64,000 bases of DNA. Source: Ignavibacteriales bacterium (lineage in GTDB: Bacteria; Bacteroidota; Ignavibacteria; UBA10030; UBA6906). The translations under genes and the position numbers were made by a program. The DNA is taken from contig JBBIRR010000013.1 of assembly GCA_037441705.1 (NCBI GenBank), forward strand, positions 14,073 to 78,072, read 5' to 3'. Below the pieces are notes generated by a model, which saw only the letters and a program-made list of their open reading frames with translations, did no database searches and was not told the DNA's origin. This document shows positions 9,876-16,623 of the stretch, piece after piece. Position 1 is the stretch's first letter. Each line of letters starts with the position of its first letter.

Positions 9876-9904
9876 TTGTACCTCTGCTTTTTGTTTTTTA
9901 TGTT
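9876..9904 (+). promoter_or_regulatory. Sigma70-type promoter of the duplicated barrel/lipoprotein unit
   Basis: TTGTAC(9876-9881)-N17-TATGTT(9899-9904) in an AT-rich intergenic stretch. Confidence 0.55.
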
Positions 9905-10060
9905 AGTCGTAAAATTCAGCGGAGATTCTACGCTCAACCTCCGAGATAAGCTCTGGGAACCGCACGTCGAAATCCATCCCCCAAAAGGGAATCGGTTCCA
10001 AGCTCCGAAGGTCGGCTATACCACACGTTCAGATTCCTGTTAGAAGCTTAACCCCACACT

Positions 10061-10978
10061 ATGAGAAGAATTGCGGTCGCGACGGGCATCAGTCTCCTCG
10101 CGATGAGCGCAGGTAGCAATGCAGTGTTTGCCCAATCGCAACTTGAATTGGCAGTCCAACAGTTCCGCTCCAGCGAAGTAGTCGGATACATCCAGCCGCT
10201 GGGGGACCTGTTTGGCGCCAACATGAATGCCGGCCTGTATCACTCGGCGGCCATCCCGAGGGACGGCTTTCACATTCGCATCGACGTTGTCGGAGCCATC
10301 TCGCTCATAGGCGAGCAACACAAAGTGTATGATGCAACTCTTCCGGAAGGATTCGTTCCCCGGGGCGGATCATACCAAACAGCAACGGTGTTCGGCGGAC
10401 GGGGAACGACGTTCAAGGACGCCAATAGCGGACTGGAGTATAAGGGATCGGATGGAATTGTGAGACTGTCTGCATTTCCCTTACTCGTTCCCCAACTCAC
10501 CATCGGAAGTTTGTTCGGAACCGAGGCTACATTCCGGTTCATGAAAACTCCCCAGCTTTCACAACAGTGGTTCCCGACAAAGTCTACTCTCCTTGGCGTT
10601 GGCGTCCGGCATAGCATCAGTCAGTACATCCGTAACGCCGCAGTGGATGTTTCCATCGGTGCATTCTACTCAACATTCACGCTCGGCGATATCATCGACT
10701 TCACAGCCCGGGCAGTGAACGTGAGCATTAGTAAGACGGTTTCCCTTTTCACACCGTATGTAGGCCTTGGGTACGAACGAAGCACAATGCACCTTCACTA
10801 CGACTTCAAGGGCGAAGGGGGCCAGTATCCAAGACTCGTGGATGTTGTGATTGAAGGCGCAAACCGGTTCCGGGTTACCGGTGGCTTTATGATTGATCTT
10901 CAAGCAGTGCACCTGTTCGCCGACGCAAACTTCGGGAATGTGCATCATTATTCAGGCGGATTCGGATTCGGGTTTTAG
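10061..10978 (+). CDS. Outer-membrane beta-barrel protein, DUF6588-like (copy 1)
   Basis: Sec signal ending AVFA-Q; GYIQPLGDLFGANMNAG, PQLTIG, GVGVRHSISQY; amphipathic strands; C-terminal GFGFGF. Family name is from recall. Confidence 0.75.
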   Translation: MRRIAVATGISLLAMSAGSNAVFAQSQLELAVQQFRSSEVVGYIQPLGDLFGANMNAGLYHSAAIPRDGFHIRIDVVGAISLIGEQHKVYDATLPEGFVPRGGSYQTATVFGGRGTTFKDANSGLEYKGSDGIVRLSAFPLLVPQLTIGSLFGTEATFRFMKTPQLSQQWFPTKSTLLGVGVRHSISQYIRNAAVDVSIGAFYSTFTLGDIIDFTARAVNVSISKTVSLFTPYVGLGYERSTMHLHYDFKGEGGQYPRLVDVVIEGANRFRVTGGFMIDLQAVHLFADANFGNVHHYSGGFGFGF

Positions 10979-11017
10979 GTCGATTTGTAGCAATGATTGC
11001 GTGAAAGGACACTCCCC

Positions 11018-11572
11018 ATGAAGTGGAGCAGCATGGTTGCCGCAGCCCTTCTTTCCCTCTCGACGCTCGGTTCATCTTGCGTGAACGAAGGGGCCACCAT
11101 TTCTATCAATCTGAAGCCCATCATCGGGCGATACAGAGTGGGCACATCGACCACGTTCGGCGGTCTCATCACCGTAAAGCTCGATAGCCTCGTGGACGCA
11201 GAGTATAAGACCAAGATTCGCCAGGGGCGTGTGTACGATCTCCGCGTGCGGGTTGAGGGGGATTACCCGGGTTCCGTCTCGGGTTTTGCAGCCGTGCGGA
11301 TACGGGATGGCCAGATAAAGCAGATCATCCGATTCCCTCGCGATGGTACCGTGGCCTGGTCGTCATTCCACACAACACAGTCACTTCTTGCGAAATCGCC
11401 GTACTTGGTGCCCGAACCGGAAGGAATCAATGAGTTACTTTCAGCACTCACCCAAACGCCTCTCCCGGACGTCTCGGTCTTGTCCTTCGGGACATTAAGT
11501 ATTGCTCCTGTGCCTGCTAATTTGTATGTTATCGTCGAGGTTTATCTGCAGGCTGACGCTGAGTTAAACTAA
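11018..11572 (+). CDS. Uncharacterised lipoprotein (copy 1)
   Basis: MKWSSMVAAALLSLSTLGSS-C lipoprotein-type signal; paralogous to 12726..13244. Confidence 0.75.
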   Translation: MKWSSMVAAALLSLSTLGSSCVNEGATISINLKPIIGRYRVGTSTTFGGLITVKLDSLVDAEYKTKIRQGRVYDLRVRVEGDYPGSVSGFAAVRIRDGQIKQIIRFPRDGTVAWSSFHTTQSLLAKSPYLVPEPEGINELLSALTQTPLPDVSVLSFGTLSIAPVPANLYVIVEVYLQADAELN

Positions 11573-11771
11573 ATCTCCCCTTACCAGACGGCATCGTTTA
11601 CGTGCCCGGGGGTAAACCGCGATTCGGTTCTTGTCAAGACATCTTTCGGGGGAGGGCGTCCTTTCTCCGCTTCGTTTCTTTCTCGGGGGCATTCACGTCT
11701 GAGATTTGCAACGTGTTGTTCTGATCTTCAACCTGACTCATCACCCTTATCAACAAAAAAGGAGAGTACAT

Positions 11772-12674
11772 ATGCTGTTGCTACACACGGTGGCAAAGAA
11801 ACGCTTGCTGGCAGGATTCGTTCTTCTTCCTCTGCTCGTCGGTTCAGGACGCGCGCAGTCGGATCTGGAGAAGATCATTCGTCAGCAAGATGCCGAGAAC
11901 GTGAAGGGCTACGTTCAACCCATTGCGGACCTCTTCGGCGCGAATATGAATGCGGGCTTCATTCGCAATGCGCGGATCCCCGAAACCGGATTCAACATCC
12001 GCTTCGACATCATCGGAATGGTCGGCCTCGTGAGTTCCGATCAGGAAACCTACATGGCGCAAGACCCGTGGGGAGGGAAGTTCCAGACGGCAACGATCTT
12101 TGGCAAGAAAGGCGGCTCAAGTCCGAACCCTCTTGCACCGACGGATACCACGCAGGCCTTCCGCGGCTCCGACGGCCTCTTCAGCACCAGCATTTTCCCG
12201 TTTGCAACGCCACAACTCACCATCGGTCACATCTTCGGGACGGAAGCAAGCATCCGGTACGTTCCCATTCCGGAAATCAGCAAGCTTCCCAAGATCACGC
12301 TCTTCGGCATCGGCGTGCGTCACAGTATCAGTCAGTACTTTGATGCTTTTCCTGTGGATCTCGCAGCCGGCTTCCTTTACAATAGCTTCACTGTCGGCGA
12401 TATCATTTCTGTCAAAGGATACGGCTTCACGCTGCAAGGAAGCAAGGAACTCACCATCCTTGTTCTCTACGGAGGAGTTCAGTTCGAGAAATCCACGCTG
12501 ACGCTTACCTACACTTCCACGGTCAGCGGCAACGTGAATGTGGAATTGGAGGGCTCCAACGTTGTGCGTGGCGTTGTTGGTGCAGGCTTGAATCTTGGCT
12601 TCCTCAAGATTTTCGCCGATGCAAACTTTGGTGCCATCACCAGCTTTTCGGGCGGCATCGGTTTTGGATTCTGA
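11772..12674 (+). CDS. Outer-membrane beta-barrel protein, DUF6588-like (copy 2)
   Basis: AAGGAG before ATG 11772; signal ending GRA-Q; GYVQPIADLFGANMNAG, PQLTIG, GIGVRHSISQY; C-terminal GIGFGF. Confidence 0.78.
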   Translation: MLLLHTVAKKRLLAGFVLLPLLVGSGRAQSDLEKIIRQQDAENVKGYVQPIADLFGANMNAGFIRNARIPETGFNIRFDIIGMVGLVSSDQETYMAQDPWGGKFQTATIFGKKGGSSPNPLAPTDTTQAFRGSDGLFSTSIFPFATPQLTIGHIFGTEASIRYVPIPEISKLPKITLFGIGVRHSISQYFDAFPVDLAAGFLYNSFTVGDIISVKGYGFTLQGSKELTILVLYGGVQFEKSTLTLTYTSTVSGNVNVELEGSNVVRGVVGAGLNLGFLKIFADANFGAITSFSGGIGFGF

Positions 12675-12725
12675 CATCGATCGAGTCTTTTTATCAATCC
12701 CATACTAAACCTTAAGGAGTATGTC

Positions 12726-13244
12726 ATGAAAGTGAAGCTTGTGTTGGGTTTACTTGTCGTCGCGCTTACCACCATGGGATTTGATTGCGTGAATGACAAC
12801 GCATTGATTTCGGTGAACATCCCCGGCTTAACCGGGACCTTCCGCATCAATCCCGGTGGTACCTCATTTGACGAGACCGTGACCGTTCATTCTTCTGACT
12901 ACCTGGACATCGGGTTCGAGGACTACAACCTGAATTCTCTGCGCGTGTACGATATCCGCGTCAGCACCATCGGATCGTTCGCCGGGAACGTCACCGGCCA
13001 GGTTCTGATCAACGGGCAACAACTGCTTTCCTATAACGGACCATGGAACAGTTTTAACACACCCCAATCGCTTGTCACATCAACGCTCATTACGCGCAAC
13101 GCCGGCGGCGTCGCAGCGCTTCTCTCTGCAATCAGGAACAAGCAAGATGTGGCGATACGCGGTTTTGGAACCGTCTCGCAAACCGTTCCCAGCGGTCTTG
13201 CCGTGCAGGTAGAAATACTTGCCCAGGTTGATGCGGCGCTGTAG
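12726..13244 (+). CDS. Uncharacterised lipoprotein (copy 2)
   Basis: AAGGAG SD; MKVKLVLGLLVVALTTMGFD-C signal; beta-rich; paralogous to 11018..11572. Confidence 0.78.
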   Translation: MKVKLVLGLLVVALTTMGFDCVNDNALISVNIPGLTGTFRINPGGTSFDETVTVHSSDYLDIGFEDYNLNSLRVYDIRVSTIGSFAGNVTGQVLINGQQLLSYNGPWNSFNTPQSLVTSTLITRNAGGVAALLSAIRNKQDVAIRGFGTVSQTVPSGLAVQVEILAQVDAAL

Positions 13245-13267
13245 AAGGTCCTCGCGCCACAAATGTG

Positions 13268-13302
13268 AAGCCTCCGGCTGCGTCACCGGAGGCTTTTCTG
13301 TT
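13268..13302 (+). terminator. Intrinsic terminator closing the barrel/lipoprotein unit
   Basis: AAGCCTCCGG-loop-CCGGAGGCTT followed by TTCTGTT. Confidence 0.85.
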
Positions 13303-13324
13303 CGAATGGCGACGGCAGCAATTG

Positions 13325-13353
13325 TTGAATCCCTCAGGCATCTTTTGTAGATT
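13325..13353 (+). promoter_or_regulatory. Sigma70-type promoter of rlmN-adk-GDPD
   Basis: TTGAAT-N17-TAGATT, ending 8 nt before the rlmN ATG. Confidence 0.6.
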
Positions 13354-13361
13354 GCCCGTGC

Positions 13362-14516
13362 ATGAGTGCACCACGAACGAACATTCTGGGTCTCACCCTC
13401 CTCGAGTTATCCGATTTTGCTGAACGCTTGGGCGAAAAACGCTACCGCGGGAAGCAACTCTTCGATTGGCTGTACACCAGAGGCGCCGACTTTTTCTCCG
13501 AGATGACGAGCCTTGCCAAAGTGTTTCGCGAAAAGCTGGAGGCGGAGGCCTGCATCGAACGCATCAGCATTGTCCGGCAGCAACGCTCGTTGATAGACGG
13601 CACCACGAAGTTTCTCATCGGGCTGAAGGACGGGTTGCATGTGGAAAGTGTGCTGATTCCTCCGCGCCGCTCGTTCAGTGATGACGGAGCGGCCTCGGAA
13701 GAAGAGCAGCGGCGGCTTACGCTGTGCATTTCGAGTCAGGCGGGCTGCCCGCTGGAGTGCGCCTTTTGCGCAACGGCAACGATGGGATTCCTCCGGAATC
13801 TGTCTGCAGGAGAGATCGTTGATCAGGTCTTACAGATTCGACGCGTAGCACATCGCCCCATCACCAATGTGGTGTTTATGGGAATGGGCGAACCGATGAT
13901 GAACTACACACACGTCATGAACGCGGTGAATATTCTCACCAACGGACTGAACATCGCAGCACGGCGCATTACTATCTCCACCGCAGGCTGGGCGGATCGA
14001 ATTCGGCAAATGGCCGATGACGGTTGCAAAGCAAAGCTGGCCGTCTCGCTGCATAGTGCCGTGGATGAGACACGCACCAGACTGATGCCCATTACAAAAA
14101 AATTCCCGCTCAGAGAGCTCCTGGCTTCCCTGCGCTATTACCACGAAAAGACGCGCAAGCGCGTCACGTATGAACACATCTTTTTCGACGGCATCAACGA
14201 TACCGATGTCGAAGTGGACCGGCTGATTCGATTTGCCCGGCACGTCCCGTGCAAGATCAATATCATTCCCTTCCACTCGATCGCCTTTGCCGGTGTGCAC
14301 GGTACCGGGGCAGCGCTGCGCCCCTCCCCCCGCATGCATGAGATTGCCGACCGCCTGCGTGCTGCCAACCTGACCGTATTCATTCGCAGCAACGCAGGAG
14401 AGGATATTGATGCGGCATGCGGGCAGCTTGTTGTGAAGACGCAGCGAGAACAACCACGGCGTGCGAGGCTTTCCGTGCGCAGCACGTCGCGCTCACCGCA
14501 ACGCCTTCCGGCCTGA
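13362..14516 (+). CDS. rlmN: 23S rRNA m2A2503/tRNA m2A37 radical-SAM methyltransferase
   Basis: LCISSQAGCPLECAFCAT (CxxxCxxC), FMGMGEP, LAVSLH, DIDAACGQL. Confidence 0.96.
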   Translation: MSAPRTNILGLTLLELSDFAERLGEKRYRGKQLFDWLYTRGADFFSEMTSLAKVFREKLEAEACIERISIVRQQRSLIDGTTKFLIGLKDGLHVESVLIPPRRSFSDDGAASEEEQRRLTLCISSQAGCPLECAFCATATMGFLRNLSAGEIVDQVLQIRRVAHRPITNVVFMGMGEPMMNYTHVMNAVNILTNGLNIAARRITISTAGWADRIRQMADDGCKAKLAVSLHSAVDETRTRLMPITKKFPLRELLASLRYYHEKTRKRVTYEHIFFDGINDTDVEVDRLIRFARHVPCKINIIPFHSIAFAGVHGTGAALRPSPRMHEIADRLRAANLTVFIRSNAGEDIDAACGQLVVKTQREQPRRARLSVRSTSRSPQRLPA

Positions 14517-14573
14517 ACCGATGCCGCCGATCATGCATTGTACACCATCCGCATACCGACCGTGAAATCAACC

Positions 14574-15218
14574 ATGCGCCTCATTCTCTTTGGACCTCCG
14601 GGTGTTGGGAAAGGAACGCAAGCGAAACTCCTCGCCCAGGAATTCCACATCCCCCATATCTCCACCGGAGACATGCTCCGCTCTGCCGTTGCCGAAGGAA
14701 CCGACGTCGGCAGGAAGGCCAAAGCCATCATGGACGCGGGCCAGCTTGTGCCCGATGACGTCATGATCGGCATTGTGCGCAACGTTCTCAGTTCACCGAA
14801 CGTCAAGGACGGCTTCATCCTTGACGGATTTCCTCGCACGCTGCAGCAAGCGACAGCCCTCTCGAGTCTGTTCGAGGAACTCCACATTACGAACTATAAA
14901 GTTATCAACTTCCGGGCGAACGACGCCGAAATCATCCGCCGCCTGGGCTCGCGCGTCATGTGTGTGAATGATGGGAAAATCTACAGCACCCTCACCGACG
15001 GCGTATCGCTCAACTCCCCCTGTCCGGCCTGCGGCGGACGTTTGATCCAGCGCGACGATGATGCCGAAGAGACGGTCCGCAAACGACTGGCCGTGTATCA
15101 CTCTACAACCAAACCTGTGCTGGATTTCTATCGATCACGCGGGGTCGTGTTCGAAGTTGACGGCATGGCGCCCATCGAAGCAGTTTACCAATCCATTACG
15201 AAGATCGTGTGCACCTGA
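14574..15218 (+). CDS. adk: Adenylate kinase
   Basis: GPPGVGKGTQA, HISTGDMLR, LDGFPRT, QRDDD. Confidence 0.97.
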   Translation: MRLILFGPPGVGKGTQAKLLAQEFHIPHISTGDMLRSAVAEGTDVGRKAKAIMDAGQLVPDDVMIGIVRNVLSSPNVKDGFILDGFPRTLQQATALSSLFEELHITNYKVINFRANDAEIIRRLGSRVMCVNDGKIYSTLTDGVSLNSPCPACGGRLIQRDDDAEETVRKRLAVYHSTTKPVLDFYRSRGVVFEVDGMAPIEAVYQSITKIVCT

Positions 15219-15973
15219 TGGACCGTCTCGCGGCGACCCGGCGCCCTCTGATTGTGGCGCATCGCGGGAGTTCGGGGTCGGCCCCGGAAAACACGCTCGC
15301 AGCATTCCGTCAGGCCGTTGCCGATGGCGCGGACATGATTGAGCTGGACGTCCGTCTGTCACGCGACGGCGAGTTAGTTGTTCTTCACGATCGAACCGTG
15401 AATAGAACGACGAACGGACGAGGGAAGGTTTGGGATTTAACACGCGATGAGTTGAAGGCGTTGGATGCCGGTTCGTGGTTCGGCAGGCGTTTCGCAGGCG
15501 AGCGCATCCCCTTCCTGACCGACGTGCTGGACGTTCTCCCATCCGACCTGCCCATCAACATTGAAGTCAAGACAGACGGTCAGCCCAGAACTGCGCCCAC
15601 CTTCGAATCTCGGCTCGTCCACTTCATCCGCGATATGCGCATTGCCCATCGCATTATTGTCTCGTCATTCGACCACGCGTTCCTGCGCCGCCTTCACAGG
15701 CTCGATCACTCCCTTGCGATCGGTGTGCTGTACCTGCCGCTGCGAGACATAGGCCGATCGCCCTCGGCGCTGGCACGCAAGGTTGGAGGATCAGTATTCA
15801 CGTGCAGCATCACGCAACTGCGGACCCGGATGGTAGAAGACGCCGTGCACGCCGGCATCGTTGTTGGATGCTATGGCGTCAACACGCTCAAGCAGTTAGG
15901 GAAGGCAGTGAGCTGCGGGGTACGCGTGATCATCACAGATTATCCGCGCGAGATGAAGAGCTACGTCGTTTAG
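15218..15973 (+). CDS. Glycerophosphodiester phosphodiesterase (GDPD family)
   Basis: VAHRG, PENTLAAF, IELDV, HDRTVNRTT, NIEVK, IITDYP. TGATG overlap with adk. Confidence 0.92.
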   Translation: MDRLAATRRPLIVAHRGSSGSAPENTLAAFRQAVADGADMIELDVRLSRDGELVVLHDRTVNRTTNGRGKVWDLTRDELKALDAGSWFGRRFAGERIPFLTDVLDVLPSDLPINIEVKTDGQPRTAPTFESRLVHFIRDMRIAHRIIVSSFDHAFLRRLHRLDHSLAIGVLYLPLRDIGRSPSALARKVGGSVFTCSITQLRTRMVEDAVHAGIVVGCYGVNTLKQLGKAVSCGVRVIITDYPREMKSYVV

Positions 15974-15976
15974 GAG

Positions 15977-16615
15977 CTACGGAGCAAGGCGCTCAATTTT
16001 CCAGCCGCCGTTCGAGTCTTTGCGATACACCAGCCGATCGTGCAAGCGATACTCGCGTCCCTGCCAGAACTCCACCGTATGAGGCGCAACGCGGTAACCG
16101 CCCCAGTGTTCGGGCCGGGGCACAACGCCGTTCTTGTACTGTGCTTGCAGCTCATGGAAGCGGGCGTCCAAGATTTCTCTTCCGGCAATCGGCGTGCTTT
16201 GCGGCGAGGCAAGCGCGCCAATCTGACTGAGAACCGGACGACTGCGGAAGTACGCATCCGATTCTGCCTCCGTCACTCTGCCGACGACACCTTCGACACG
16301 CACCTGGCGGTCGAGCGGCTGCCAGTAGAACACCAACGCGGCCAGCGGGTTTTCCTCCAGTTCTCGCCCTTTCCTGCTGAGATAATTGGTGTAGAAAACG
16401 AAGCCGCGTTCGTCAAAGCCCTTCAGCAGCACGATGCGCGCAGAGACAACACCCGTGCGCGTGGCCGTTGCGAGCGTCATCGCGTTCGCGTCCGGAACGC
16501 CTGCATGCAGAGCGTCGTCAAACCAGAGGCGAAACTGCGCGATCGGATCGCGCATGACGTTGTGTTCGCTGAGCGACTGCCGTGCACGATCAACCCGGGG
16601 TGTTGTCGCTACCAT
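15977..16615 (-). CDS. pdxH: Pyridoxamine 5'-phosphate oxidase
   Basis: NAMTLAT, RIVLLK, FYTNYLSRKG, EFWQGREYRLHDR, ERLAP. Confidence 0.96.
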   Translation of the reverse strand: MVATTPRVDRARQSLSEHNVMRDPIAQFRLWFDDALHAGVPDANAMTLATATRTGVVSARIVLLKGFDERGFVFYTNYLSRKGRELEENPLAALVFYWQPLDRQVRVEGVVGRVTEAESDAYFRSRPVLSQIGALASPQSTPIAGREILDARFHELQAQYKNGVVPRPEHWGGYRVAPHTVEFWQGREYRLHDRLVYRKDSNGGWKIERLAP

Positions 16616-16623
16616 GTGATCCG

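Noticed and set aside
9983-10010. AAAAGGGAATCGGT...TCCGA resembles the start of a cobalamin riboswitch core
   Set aside because: The loop does not match the T-loop consensus, and the downstream CCCGC/ACTGT elements and B12 box are absent. Kept only as a generic structured-leader candidate.
9858-10043. 61-aa ORF upstream of the barrel gene as a leader peptide
   Set aside because: GTG start with no SD, lying upstream of the predicted promoter; composition reflects AT-rich promoter DNA.
9843-13320. Barrel/lipoprotein unit as a mobile element
   Set aside because: I saw no integrase, transposase, tRNA target or flanking direct/inverted repeats.
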